DNA of 64,000 nucleotides from an uncultured Lachnospiraceae bacterium (GCA_947175035.1 CAMWLG010000001.1:26982-90981), one strand, 5' to 3'. Positions 1-10,153 are shown, numbered from the stretch's first letter. Program-made: numbers and translations. Notes: a model not told the origin generated them from the letters alone.

Positions 1-664
1 GACGAAGTTTATCAGCGAGCGGAACGTGCGGGAGGCGATTGTATCCGGCGACATGTTGGCGGAACACTTGCGGGAGAGGCTTTGTCAGGACGCGACGATA
101 CAGGAGTTCGGGTTGCAGGTGGTATCCCTGTCCATACTGGGAATCTCTGCCAAGCCGGATACCAGAAAGGCGCTTGAGGCGGCTACAAGAGAGGAAATAC
201 TAAAGCTTCAGGATGATGCGATTTATAAGAGAAGAAACGCTGCGATCGAGCAGGAGAGAATCGTGAAAGAGAATGAGCTGAACACGGAGATCAAGGTGGC
301 GGAGAAGGAGAAGCAGAAGCGGGAGAAAGAGATGGAGACCAAGCGGCTGGTTCAGGAAAAGCAGGCGGAATTGGATGCGAGAAAGCTGGAAAACGACATT
401 CGCTTGGAGGAGGAGAACCGAAAGCTGGTGGATCTGCAGACAGAGAACGAGAAGAAGAAATCGGATGCCAAGGCATATGATTCGGAGGTATTGTTAAAGA
501 CATTTGCGGGAATTGATCTGGAGGTGATCAAAGCATTGGCAGCCAGCGGAATGGACAGCAGGGCGCTGATTGCCAAGGCGTTCGTGGAGATTGGCGACAA
601 GGCAGGGAAGATCGGTACGCTGAATGTATCTCCGGATTTATTGGAAACGCTGATAAAACCTTGA
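1..664 (+). CDS. SPFH/band-7 (flotillin-like) protein, 5'-truncated by window edge
   Basis: The frame is open upstream of the listed GTG at 26 to the window edge. It shows an SPFH C-terminal core (FGLQVVSLSILGISAKPDTRKALEA) followed by an AE/KE-rich flotillin-like coiled coil. Confidence 0.8.
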   Translation, partial: TKFISERNVREAIVSGDMLAEHLRERLCQDATIQEFGLQVVSLSILGISAKPDTRKALEAATREEILKLQDDAIYKRRNAAIEQERIVKENELNTEIKVAEKEKQKREKEMETKRLVQEKQAELDARKLENDIRLEEENRKLVDLQTENEKKKSDAKAYDSEVLLKTFAGIDLEVIKALAASGMDSRALIAKAFVEIGDKAGKIGTLNVSPDLLETLIKP

Positions 665-673
665 TGGGGGTGA

Positions 674-1609
674 ATGGGAATGGACAGGGGTATGAATAAG
701 ATTGTGTTGGTCACAAGGAAGACCAGGCTGGAGGAGTTGGTTTATAAATATAACACCTTGGAGCAGGCAAAATTCTATATAGAGCATCTTGGGGTCGATT
801 TCTCGGATTATTTGGAGGAGGATCAAAGGTATCAACAGGCTGTGAAAGAGGTGCTGTCGGCGGCGGAGAGATTTGCCAGAGTGCAGGTAATTGACAGGTC
901 CTTTGTGCCCAATATGATCTTTGGCAGCGGGGATGTGGTGATTGCGGTGGGACAGGACGGACTGGTGGCGAACGTGATGAAGTACTTGGACGGACAGCCC
1001 CTTGTGGGAGTCAATCCAGACACCAAGAGGTGGGACGGGGTATTGCTTCCCTTTGAGCCAGGGCAGATGTCGGGGATGATTCCCAGCATTCTCGCGGGAA
1101 AATATCAGGTGAAGGATGTGACGATGGCACAGGCGGACACCGCGGACGGACAACGGATGCTGGCGGTAAACGATCTGTTTATCGGGTGTCGGACACATGC
1201 TTCTGCCCGATACCACATTATCTGCAACGGAAGCGGTGAGGATCAGTCCTCCAGCGGCATTATCGTCTCCACAGGCTTGGGCTCCACAGGGTGGTATGCG
1301 TCAGTGATAGAACAGGCAAGGCAGATCGCGGCATTCTTCCGCTGTGGGCAGATTCAGGCAAGTCCCTTGGCATGGGGGGCAGAGCGCCTCACCTTCGTGG
1401 TGAGAGAACCGTTTCCAAGCCGCGCCACACAGACGGGCATTGTGTTCGGTGCCATCGAAGGAAAGGATGATTTTCGCATCATATCCCAAATGCCGTCCGG
1501 CGGGGTTGTCTTTTCAGACGGCATGGAGGCTGACGCCATAGAATTCCACTCAGGAACAGAAATACGAATAGGAATTGCTGACAAAAGGGGGAAGTTAGTG
1601 GTATCATAG
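674..1609 (+). CDS. NAD kinase-like / diacylglycerol-kinase-fold protein
   Basis: GQDG (variant of the GGDG motif), NDLF, and SSGIIVSTGLGSTGW resembling the NADK DGxxxSTPxGSTxY motif. Confidence 0.75.
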   Translation: MGMDRGMNKIVLVTRKTRLEELVYKYNTLEQAKFYIEHLGVDFSDYLEEDQRYQQAVKEVLSAAERFARVQVIDRSFVPNMIFGSGDVVIAVGQDGLVANVMKYLDGQPLVGVNPDTKRWDGVLLPFEPGQMSGMIPSILAGKYQVKDVTMAQADTADGQRMLAVNDLFIGCRTHASARYHIICNGSGEDQSSSGIIVSTGLGSTGWYASVIEQARQIAAFFRCGQIQASPLAWGAERLTFVVREPFPSRATQTGIVFGAIEGKDDFRIISQMPSGGVVFSDGMEADAIEFHSGTEIRIGIADKRGKLVVS

Positions 1610-1642
1610 AAAGTGCAGTGACTGAGAGGAAAGGGGAATGGA

Positions 1643-2581
1643 ATGAAGAACGGCATGAAGGCGAATGATTTACAGAGTGCTCACGAAGAGCAGGAATTTT
1701 TGGAAAAATATGACATCACCCAATATGAGAGACCTTCCATCGCAGCGGATATCGCGGCGTTCTCAATCCTGGGGGAGGGAGAGAACCATAATTTTAGAAG
1801 GCTGCCGGAGAAAGCCTTGAAACTATTGTTAATCCAGAGGGCTTCCTATCCGTACAAGGGCTGTTGGGCACTTCCGGGAGGATTCTGCAAGCCGGGCGAG
1901 GATGTTGCGGACACGGCGAGGCGGGAACTGTACGAGGAGACCAATATCAACAATGCGGATCTGCGGCTTGTGGGAATCTTCGGGGAGACAGGGAGAGATC
2001 CCAGAGGATGGATCATTTCAAATACCTTTTTGGCGCTGATGAACGGGGAAAAGTGCAGGCTGCGGGCGGACACGGATGCCTGGGCGGCGGAATGGTTCTC
2101 CGTTGGGATTGCGCGGGAGGTGCTGCAAAAGGAGTGTACCAAGGAAAGCGCAAGGATACAGACCATATATCATTTAAGCCTGGAATGCGGGGATTCCGGG
2201 ATCAAACTTTCCGCGACGGTCAAGGAGGATAAGCGGTTTCAGGATTTTCACGAGAAAGTTCGGTATGAGATTATGGACAGTGACGGGCTTGCGTTTGACC
2301 ATGCCAAGATTATATTGCATGCGTTGCTCTCGCTTCAAAAACTGGCAGGGGAAGATATGACGGCGGTATTTCACTTCCTGCCTGAGCAATTCACCTTGAC
2401 AGAGCTTCAAAATGCGATGGAGTTGGTGCAGGGCAGGAAACTGTTGACTGCCAATTTCCGAAGAAAGATAGCGGATTATGTTGTGGAGACGGAAAAGTTG
2501 TCAGAGGGGGCGGGACATAGACCAGCCAAGTTGTTTGAACGGAATGTGGAAGCTTTTTACCAGGGAGGATGCGATGGATAA
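1643..2581 (+). CDS. NrtR-like NUDIX + winged-helix regulator
   Basis: WALPGGF, Nudix box GEDVADTARRELYEET, RDPRGW, LAFDHAKI, and a C-terminal wHTH (FTLTELQ...NFRRKI...HRPAKLF). Confidence 0.85.
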   Translation: MKNGMKANDLQSAHEEQEFLEKYDITQYERPSIAADIAAFSILGEGENHNFRRLPEKALKLLLIQRASYPYKGCWALPGGFCKPGEDVADTARRELYEETNINNADLRLVGIFGETGRDPRGWIISNTFLALMNGEKCRLRADTDAWAAEWFSVGIAREVLQKECTKESARIQTIYHLSLECGDSGIKLSATVKEDKRFQDFHEKVRYEIMDSDGLAFDHAKIILHALLSLQKLAGEDMTAVFHFLPEQFTLTELQNAMELVQGRKLLTANFRRKIADYVVETEKLSEGAGHRPAKLFERNVEAFYQGGCDG

Positions 2582-3014
2582 TAATGCAATGGATTTCAGT
2601 ACCGGTCAACTTATGAAGGAGCTTAGATTTACACGGATTATCTGTATTATTTCTTCCGTGCTGACGTTCTGTCTGTTGGTAGGCGGAGTGTTTCTGTATG
2701 GCAAAGTGCAGAAGCTGGCAGAGATCTGTGAGCCTGCGATAGAGAAGATATCTGATGTGGACGTGGAGAGTCTGAACGAGACTTTGGACAATGTGAATGC
2801 TTCTTTGGAAAGCATGGATTGGGAGCGGGTGGCAGATGTGTTGGATGAACTTGATGTGGATGCCCTTAACTCCGTGATAGAGGGACTGGACACAGAGGAG
2901 CTTACCGAAGCCTTGCAGAACTTGAATGCTATCGTGGAGAAAATCAAAGAACTCAATGAAAAAGTGAGCTCGTTTGGATCCATGTTCGGCGGAATATTTA
3001 ACCAGGGCCGATGA
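2574..3014 (+). CDS. Single-TM acidic helical-repeat hypothetical protein
   Basis: The ATG at 2574 follows GGAGG (2564-2568) and overlaps the NrtR stop. One TM helix, then DVESLNETL/DVDALNSVI/DTEELTEAL-like repeats. Confidence 0.7.
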   Translation: MDNNAMDFSTGQLMKELRFTRIICIISSVLTFCLLVGGVFLYGKVQKLAEICEPAIEKISDVDVESLNETLDNVNASLESMDWERVADVLDELDVDALNSVIEGLDTEELTEALQNLNAIVEKIKELNEKVSSFGSMFGGIFNQGR

Positions 3015-3035
3015 GCGAATTTATAGGGAGAAGAA

Positions 3036-4856
3036 ATGATGATAAAATTACTGCCGGAGAAAAAAGGAACCTTTCTGCGCGCGTCCCTGTCTGATGTCTG
3101 TAACTTTTCCTGTGAGTATTGTGCAAAGGATATGGGGATGGAGAATCATACGCCCAAGTGTATGAATGTAGACTTATTAAGTGCGGATGATTATATCCGG
3201 AATCTGGAAAGAATTGCAGCGCACGGATTTGAAATCATATCTTTTACAGGTGGGGAACCGCTGCTTTGCAAGGATTTTGCCCGGATTGCCGAGGCGGCAA
3301 GAGGGCTGTTTGGGGTCGTGGAAATTACAACCAACGGCTCAAAGTTATTGGAGCATATGGAAACAATCCGAAAATATGTGGATGTATTGAAGATATCCGT
3401 TGATGCAGTGGATGATGATCTGCGGGTAAAAATTACCCGCAATGCCGATGCCAGGGATACCCTACAGGTTGTGGAGACCTGCTGTAAAGCAAACATTGCA
3501 CAGATGGGACTGAATTTTGTCTATATGAAACAGAATGCGGAAGAGTTGTCCCGACTGATTGCATTTGTAAAAGAACTGAATCAGAAGTATCATACCAATA
3601 TTTATATCAGCGTTCTGGATTTGTATTATTCCAAAGAAAACGATGCGTTCTGGCGGGAGCAATTCGTCAATTTGAAAGAACTGAGACAGTCATTGGAAGC
3701 AAAGGGCATCACGGTTCACCAAAGACTGAGAGTCGGCTGTGATTCCTATTACTGCATCTGGGACGGAGTCAGGGTTAATATGAAAGACAGCATGTCCTGT
3801 ACGCACAGGAGCGAAATGTGTCAGGAATGTGAGTGTTATTGTCAGGAAGGTATCTACAGCCTGAAGCATTCCGCAAGCGGCTGGCTTAGCGTCTGCCCTT
3901 CCAACGATGTGAAACTCGGCGCCCTGCTTCAGGAAGATGATGCAGAACAACAGATTGACCGATTTGTGGACATTTTGAACCATCTTACAAGAGTTCCGGA
4001 TACCGGATGGAATTTTATGGAAAAGAACGGTCTGTGCGATCAGCCGCATTTGATGAAACCTCAAGTCAGAGAATGCCTTGCTCTTTACCATAATATTAAG
4101 AGGCGGGCGAGAACATACTGTGAGGAACACGGGTTTCTGGAGTTTGATACGCCCGTGCTCACAAAATATGCCGGAGAACCCTATAATCCGACATTTTCCG
4201 TTTCGGTGGAAGAAAAAGCGATGCATCTGGCCGACTCGCCGCAGGTGTACAAAATGCTCCTGATGCTTTCCGGCTATGACAGATACTATCAGTTTGCACA
4301 TTGTTTCCGGCCGATCGCACACGAAAATGCTTCGGACACGCATTTGCAGGAATTCATACAGCTTGATCTGGAGCTGCATGTGGATTCTCTCGACGAACTG
4401 ATGGAGCTTGCCGGAGACCTGCTTCAATCTATTTGTGGAGACACGCCCTTTGAATTGATACCACACCTGCCGCTGACGACCGGGAAAAAGGGCGTTCATG
4501 GTGGTATTATGCCGGAACATCATATCTTTGCAATGCCTGAAAATCTGAATATTGGTCAAAATCATACGCTTCCGGAACCGGCGGATCTGCTTCAGGTAAA
4601 GACAGAATCCTTCGATATTGTATTGAATGGTATGGAAGTGGGCGGCGGTGATATGCGTATTATGGATGCTGCCTTGCAGGAAGCCATGATGGATCTTTTT
4701 CAGGTGGACAAAAGGGCATACCGGGATTATCTGCAAGCGCTCGGCCGCTATCACGGCAGACCTTTTGGCGGATTTGCAATTGGTCTTGAACGGCTGGTCA
4801 TGGCCATGTCAGGCGTGCCGGATATTAGAGATACAACCCCTTTGATATCATGTTGA
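3036..4856 (+). CDS. Radical SAM (MoaA-like) domain fused to an AspRS-like class II aminoacyl-tRNA synthetase catalytic domain
   Basis: N-half: CNFSCEYC, FTGGEPLL, ITTNG and a C-terminal Cys cluster (CQECECYCQEG...C). C-half: GFLEFDTPVL, SPQVYKMLLMLSGYDRYYQFAHCFR, EFIQLDLE, HHIF, NGMEVGGGDMRI, GGFAIGLERL. Confidence 0.8.
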   Translation: MMIKLLPEKKGTFLRASLSDVCNFSCEYCAKDMGMENHTPKCMNVDLLSADDYIRNLERIAAHGFEIISFTGGEPLLCKDFARIAEAARGLFGVVEITTNGSKLLEHMETIRKYVDVLKISVDAVDDDLRVKITRNADARDTLQVVETCCKANIAQMGLNFVYMKQNAEELSRLIAFVKELNQKYHTNIYISVLDLYYSKENDAFWREQFVNLKELRQSLEAKGITVHQRLRVGCDSYYCIWDGVRVNMKDSMSCTHRSEMCQECECYCQEGIYSLKHSASGWLSVCPSNDVKLGALLQEDDAEQQIDRFVDILNHLTRVPDTGWNFMEKNGLCDQPHLMKPQVRECLALYHNIKRRARTYCEEHGFLEFDTPVLTKYAGEPYNPTFSVSVEEKAMHLADSPQVYKMLLMLSGYDRYYQFAHCFRPIAHENASDTHLQEFIQLDLELHVDSLDELMELAGDLLQSICGDTPFELIPHLPLTTGKKGVHGGIMPEHHIFAMPENLNIGQNHTLPEPADLLQVKTESFDIVLNGMEVGGGDMRIMDAALQEAMMDLFQVDKRAYRDYLQALGRYHGRPFGGFAIGLERLVMAMSGVPDIRDTTPLISC

Positions 4857-4881
4857 CATTTCCGTCAAATCATTGCATAAT
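4853..4881 (+). promoter_or_regulatory. Sigma70/SigA-type promoter for the hybrid kinase
   Basis: TTGACA-17 nt-CATAAT, 43 nt upstream of the ATG at 4925. Confidence 0.5.
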
Positions 4882-4924
4882 TAAATACTGAAAAAGACTG
4901 CTCAGAGCCAAAGGGAACATTGTT

Positions 4925-7774
4925 ATGTTGAACGTATTTCTTATCGCTGAAATCTTTGCAATTGTTATGATATATATCGCCATGGCGCTGTTGATTACGG
5001 ATGGCAGCGGCGCAAGGGAGCAGAAGCTGATGGGGTATTTTCTGTGCGGCTCCCTGATACAGAATGTAGGGTATTTTCTGGAATTGACCGCATCTACGCA
5101 GGAGACGGCGATTATATCTGTCAAAATGCAATATCTTGGCTCTATTTTTATCCCACTGTGCTATTGTTGGTTTATATACAGCTATTGTTACGCAAAGCCG
5201 CCCATGAAGTTATTGAGTGCGCTGGGCGTGATTGATTTTGGGCTGCTGTTGACGGTCTTTACACTGGACTGGCACAAGCTCTATTATAGGCAGATAGAGT
5301 GGCTGATGGCAGAGGATGGACATTATTATCTGAGTCTTGAATATGGATCCGGATATGTGGTGTTTCTCGTCTGTGGCTGTGTCATACCTTATTGTATGAC
5401 CATTTATTCGCTGTCCTCCGCTTGGGGGCGCAAAGACAACAGGAGATACAAGACAATTACGTGTCTGTCAATGCTTCCGGTGCTGGCGCTCTTGGCGTAT
5501 GCGGGCAAACTGACCTATGGGTTTGACCCAACCCCGTCGGTGTTGGGGCTGGTGCTCTCTCTGGTGGTCATCCTGATTTGGAGACAGAGGACTCGTGACT
5601 TTCGCTGGATGGCGGCGGAGGTGCTTTTGGACAGCATGAGCGACGGCGTGATTGCCATGGATACAGAGAATCGGATACTGAATTTTAATCGGGCGGCGGC
5701 AGAGATTTTCCCGGAACTTGGCACACATAAATTAGGTGATTTCATTGCAGATGTTAAGGGTTTTCCCGTGGATTTGCTGGAGGAGAATGCCAACAGGGAG
5801 TTTGACTTAAGCGACCGGCATTACGAGAGTCACACGAGGGTGATCCTGGATAAAAATAATCAGCCGCAGGGTAATGTCGTACTAATACTGGATGTGACAG
5901 ATACGAGGAATTATATAGAGGAGATCAAGCGCGTGAGGGAGCAGGCGGAGCGCGCGAATATGGCAAAGAGCGAATTCCTTGCCAATATGTCCCATGAGAT
6001 TCGCACCCCAATGAATGCTATAATAGGTTTGAGTGATATTATTATTGAGGAGAGCACCGGGAGGAAAATGTATACCTATGCCTGTGATATCAAGTCGGCG
6101 TCCCAGAATCTTCTTGCCATTATCAATGACATTTTGGATCTGTCCAAGGTGGAGGCGGGCAAGATGGAATTGGTGATGTCGGAGTATCACGTGAAAGCTG
6201 TCGTGGATGAAGTGGTACATATGATGGATATTGCAGCATCCCAGAGAGGGCTCTTGATGAAGTATGAGTATGATATGGGCATACCCAGCCGGTATTACGG
6301 GGATGAGGGCAGGATGAAACAGATTCTGATCAATCTGTTGAACAATGCCGTGAAATTCACCAAGGAAGGATATGTCAAGATTACCGTGGGCGGCAGACCC
6401 GGGCGGACACAGGACGAGGAGCTGTTGGTATTCCAGGTACAGGACACGGGATGCGGCATCAGGGAGGAAGATCAGGAGAAAATATTCGAGAATTTCAAAC
6501 AGGTTGACTCTAACAGGAATCGCAGCGCCGAGGGAACCGGGCTGGGGCTTTCTATCACCAGGCATCTGGTGCAGCTCATGGAGGGGGATATCTCGCTTCA
6601 GAGTGTCTACGGGGAGGGGACTACTTTTACAGTGACGATCCCTCAAAGAATCGTGGACAGACGTACCTTGGAGGAACTGCCGGGTGCTCCTGCCGTTATG
6701 GAGGAAAGGCTGGAGCCCTTTATCGCCCCCAATGTGAAGGTGCTGGTGGTGGATGACAATCTGATCAACAGAAAGGTCGCCAGAGGGTTTTTGAATACCT
6801 ATCAATTTGATTTGGCGGAGGCGGCCAGCGGCTTTGATGCAATAGAACTGGTAAAAAATACAAAATATGACATTGTTTTTATGGATCATATGATGCCTGA
6901 GATGGACGGAATCGAGACTGTGCGGAATATTCGCAGGGATTGCGGAGAGAATGGCACGAGTCCCATTTTCATAGCACTGACAGCAAATGCCATGGAGGGG
7001 GTTCGGGAGTTGTTCATTAAGAACGGTTTTCAGGATTTCCTGACCAAGCCTCTGGACAGAAAACAGTTAAACGAGGTATTGCTGAAGTGGATTCCCGAGG
7101 AGCGCAGGGAAGCGGTCGAGGCGCGAAACAACTGGCAGCGGGTCGAGAGTCATGGCGGGTTTCAGGACATCCGCATCGAGGGAATCGATATGGATGCCGT
7201 TGTGAAAAATCAGTCCGGTTCCGTGGAAGACTATGTGGAGCTTTTAAGTCTGTACGGCATGGATGGTAAGCGCAAGCTTCCCCTGCTAAAGGAACTCTGT
7301 GGTGCGAAGGATTACAAAAATTATGGGATAGAGGTGCACGCTCTAAAAAGTGCGTCGGCAAACGTGGGGGCAATGAGTCTTTCGGCGGCGGCAAAAGCGC
7401 ATGAGGAGGCGGCGAACCGTGAGGATGAAGAATTTATCGCGGGGCATTTTGAGGAGCTTACTGCCGCTTATGAAGAACAGCTTAAGTCGATTCAGGCTTT
7501 TCTGGACATGAGGGAAGGGAATGCCGGGGATGAGGAGAAGCTTCCTGAGATAGGCCGAAAGACCCTTATAGACAAGGTGCGGGAGGCGTTGGAGAGCCTG
7601 GAGCGTTTCCGTTCCAAGGAATGCGCCGCCAAGGTGGAGGAGCTGTTGCAGCACCGTCTCGATGAAGATACGAAATCAAGGCTGAAAGAAGTTCAATCGC
7701 AGTTGAAACTGTATGAAGATACCGAGGCGGAACATATGCTCGCTGAGATCATAAATATACTTGAAGAAAAATAG
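4925..7774 (+). CDS. Hybrid sensor histidine kinase (multi-TM N-terminus, PAS, HisKA, HATPase, REC, Hpt)
   Basis: H-box FLANMSHEIRTPMNAIIG, N-box LLNNAVKFT, G-boxes DTGCGI and GTGLGL, REC VLVVDD...FMDHMMP...KP, Hpt VHALKS. Confidence 0.92.
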   Translation: MLNVFLIAEIFAIVMIYIAMALLITDGSGAREQKLMGYFLCGSLIQNVGYFLELTASTQETAIISVKMQYLGSIFIPLCYCWFIYSYCYAKPPMKLLSALGVIDFGLLLTVFTLDWHKLYYRQIEWLMAEDGHYYLSLEYGSGYVVFLVCGCVIPYCMTIYSLSSAWGRKDNRRYKTITCLSMLPVLALLAYAGKLTYGFDPTPSVLGLVLSLVVILIWRQRTRDFRWMAAEVLLDSMSDGVIAMDTENRILNFNRAAAEIFPELGTHKLGDFIADVKGFPVDLLEENANREFDLSDRHYESHTRVILDKNNQPQGNVVLILDVTDTRNYIEEIKRVREQAERANMAKSEFLANMSHEIRTPMNAIIGLSDIIIEESTGRKMYTYACDIKSASQNLLAIINDILDLSKVEAGKMELVMSEYHVKAVVDEVVHMMDIAASQRGLLMKYEYDMGIPSRYYGDEGRMKQILINLLNNAVKFTKEGYVKITVGGRPGRTQDEELLVFQVQDTGCGIREEDQEKIFENFKQVDSNRNRSAEGTGLGLSITRHLVQLMEGDISLQSVYGEGTTFTVTIPQRIVDRRTLEELPGAPAVMEERLEPFIAPNVKVLVVDDNLINRKVARGFLNTYQFDLAEAASGFDAIELVKNTKYDIVFMDHMMPEMDGIETVRNIRRDCGENGTSPIFIALTANAMEGVRELFIKNGFQDFLTKPLDRKQLNEVLLKWIPEERREAVEARNNWQRVESHGGFQDIRIEGIDMDAVVKNQSGSVEDYVELLSLYGMDGKRKLPLLKELCGAKDYKNYGIEVHALKSASANVGAMSLSAAAKAHEEAANREDEEFIAGHFEELTAAYEEQLKSIQAFLDMREGNAGDEEKLPEIGRKTLIDKVREALESLERFRSKECAAKVEELLQHRLDEDTKSRLKEVQSQLKLYEDTEAEHMLAEIINILEEK

Positions 7775-7836
7775 TGATATGGTATAATATGACCATATTT
7801 ATGTTGTCTGTAATGGCAGCAGGAATGGAGGATGAA

Positions 7837-8223
7837 ATGGCGACAATATTGGCGGTGGATGACAGCCCTATCAATCTGGCGACGATTGAGCAGAAATTGA
7901 AGGACAGTTATGAGGTGATTCCCGTGAATTCCGGTTTTCGGGCTTTGCAATACCTCAAGTCAGAGAAGACGCCGGATTTGATTCTTCTGGATATCAGGAT
8001 GGCGGAGAAGGACGGAATAGAGACCTTGAAGGAGATTCGGGAGATGAGGGGCGGGGCGGATATTCCCGTGATAATGCTCACATCCCAAAATGACAAAGAA
8101 TCTATCATGGAAAGCCAGAAATTGGGAATTTATGATTATGTGCTGAAACCCTTTGATACAGCGGATTTGCACGACAGAATCCGACGTGCGCTGCAAAAGG
8201 CAAAAGAGGCTTCAAATGATTGA
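7837..8223 (+). CDS. Single-domain response regulator (REC)
   Basis: ILAVDD, LLDIRM, KPF. ATG at 7837 follows GGAGG. Confidence 0.88.
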   Translation: MATILAVDDSPINLATIEQKLKDSYEVIPVNSGFRALQYLKSEKTPDLILLDIRMAEKDGIETLKEIREMRGGADIPVIMLTSQNDKESIMESQKLGIYDYVLKPFDTADLHDRIRRALQKAKEASND

Positions 8224-8314
8224 CAAAAAAAAATAAATGGTTTATCATAGCAATAGTATACTAAGGCTCAAAGAACGTAGAAATGCGCTGCCTTGAGTTC
8301 GTGGGAGGCAAAAA

Positions 8315-9127
8315 GTGATTACCGATAGTGAATTTCAACGTATAGTGATGTACATGCATAAAAATTACGGCATAGACCTGAGCCAGAAAAAGGTTCTGGT
8401 GAGCGGTCGTTTGGAGAATTATCTCGCCCGCAATGGTTATGCGAGTTATGACGAGTACATGGCGAAGGTGGAGAAGAACCCTAATGGGCCGGAGGCCACG
8501 GATATTGTCAATGTACTGACTACCAATCATACATATTTTATGCGTGAGAGCGCTCATTTTGATTATTTGGCGCAGGTTGTGCTGCCGTGGGCAAAGATGA
8601 AAGCGGCGAGAGACAAAGATCTGCGTATATGGTGCGGCGCATCATCCACGGGGGAGGAACCATACACCCTCGCAATGGTGTTGCTTGATTTTTTTGGACT
8701 GGAACACAAGTCATGGGATACCAGGGTTTTGGCAACGGATGTGTCCACCAGAGTGTTGACGCATGCCACCAAGGGCATTTACCTCAAGGAGCAGGTTGAC
8801 CCCCTGCCCGCGAAGTGGAAGCAGCGGTATTTCAAGCAGATAAGTGCTGAAGAATACTCGGTGAAGGATGAGCTGAAACAGGAGGTAATTTTCCGGCAGT
8901 TTAATCTGATGAATCCATTCCCGTTCAAGAGGAAGTTTCATGTGGTCTTTCTGAGGAATGTGATGATTTATTTCCCCAGCGATGTCAAGGCGCAGTTGAT
9001 CCAGAAGATTTATGATTATACGGAGCCGGGCGGCTATCTGTTTATAGGCACCACGGAGAGTCTTGACCGGCACCAGAATCCATTCCAATATGTACAGCCA
9101 TCAATCTATAGAAAGCAGGGAGGCTGA
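8315..9127 (+). CDS. cheR: Chemotaxis protein methyltransferase CheR
   Basis: TTNHTYFMRE, IWCGASSTGEEPYTLAM, LATDVS, FLRNVMIYF. Confidence 0.95.
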   Translation: MITDSEFQRIVMYMHKNYGIDLSQKKVLVSGRLENYLARNGYASYDEYMAKVEKNPNGPEATDIVNVLTTNHTYFMRESAHFDYLAQVVLPWAKMKAARDKDLRIWCGASSTGEEPYTLAMVLLDFFGLEHKSWDTRVLATDVSTRVLTHATKGIYLKEQVDPLPAKWKQRYFKQISAEEYSVKDELKQEVIFRQFNLMNPFPFKRKFHVVFLRNVMIYFPSDVKAQLIQKIYDYTEPGGYLFIGTTESLDRHQNPFQYVQPSIYRKQGG

Positions 9128-9130
9128 TAT

Positions 9131-10153
9131 ATGAGACCAATTAGAGTGTTAGTTGTAGATGACTCCTTGATGTTCCGCAATATGCTTGTGAAGGGACTGG
9201 CTTCTGACCCTAATCTTGAGGTGGTGGCTCAGGCGGGGGATGCCTATGAAGCAAGGGATGCCATTATTAAATACAAACCGGATGTAATGACGCTTGACGT
9301 GGAGCTGCCGCGGATGAGCGGTATAGAGTTTTTGAGAAGGCTGATGCCCCAGTACCCGCTTCCTGTTGTCATGATCAGTTCTCTAAACGGCAAGGTCTTT
9401 GACGCTTTGGAGGCAGGGGCGGTTGACTTTGTCAACAAACCCAGCAATATGAATCAGGCGCAGCTCAATGATTTCCTGACACAGGAGCTCGCGGCAAAGG
9501 TTAAGATTGCATCCACGGCGAAGGTTGGGAAGCTGAAGCGCGTGGAGAACGACCCCATGATGGGTCATGCCAGTGTGGTTGGCAAGGACCGGATCATTGC
9601 CATCGGCGCTTCCACGGGAGGCACAGAGGCGATTTTCGAGGTTGTGAAGAGATTTAAGCGGGATATTCCGGGGGTTGTCATTGTGCAGCACATGCCGCCC
9701 GGATTCACCAAGATGTATGCGGATCGTCTGAACAACCAGTGTGAGGTGGCGGTGAAGGAGGCACAGACCGGCGACAGGGTGCTGCCGGGACAGGTGTTGA
9801 TCGCACCGGGTGATATGCAGATGCGTCTCGTCAAAGTGGGCGGGGTTTATCAGGTGGAATGCAAAGGAAATGAGAGAGTCAACGGGCATTGTCCTTCTGT
9901 GGATGTGTTGTTTAATTCCGTGGCGAAGCTGGCGGGCAAGAATGCCATTGGCGTGATCCTGACAGGTATGGGCGGAGACGGGGCCAAGGGGCTTCTGGAG
10001 ATGCGCAATGCCGGCGCCCAGACCATCGGACAGGATGAGGCGTCCTGCGTGGTCTATGGGATGCCCAAGGTTGCCTTTGATATCGGGGCAGTACAGTATA
10101 AGATGGATTTAGCGGCGATAGCAGGCAAGGTATACAGCCTGTTGAGCAAATAG
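9131..10153 (+). CDS. cheB: Chemotaxis response regulator protein-glutamate methylesterase CheB
   Basis: N-terminal REC plus IGASTGG, VQHMPPGFT, HCPSVDVLF, LTGMGGDGA. Confidence 0.96.
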   Translation: MRPIRVLVVDDSLMFRNMLVKGLASDPNLEVVAQAGDAYEARDAIIKYKPDVMTLDVELPRMSGIEFLRRLMPQYPLPVVMISSLNGKVFDALEAGAVDFVNKPSNMNQAQLNDFLTQELAAKVKIASTAKVGKLKRVENDPMMGHASVVGKDRIIAIGASTGGTEAIFEVVKRFKRDIPGVVIVQHMPPGFTKMYADRLNNQCEVAVKEAQTGDRVLPGQVLIAPGDMQMRLVKVGGVYQVECKGNERVNGHCPSVDVLFNSVAKLAGKNAIGVILTGMGGDGAKGLLEMRNAGAQTIGQDEASCVVYGMPKVAFDIGAVQYKMDLAAIAGKVYSLLSK

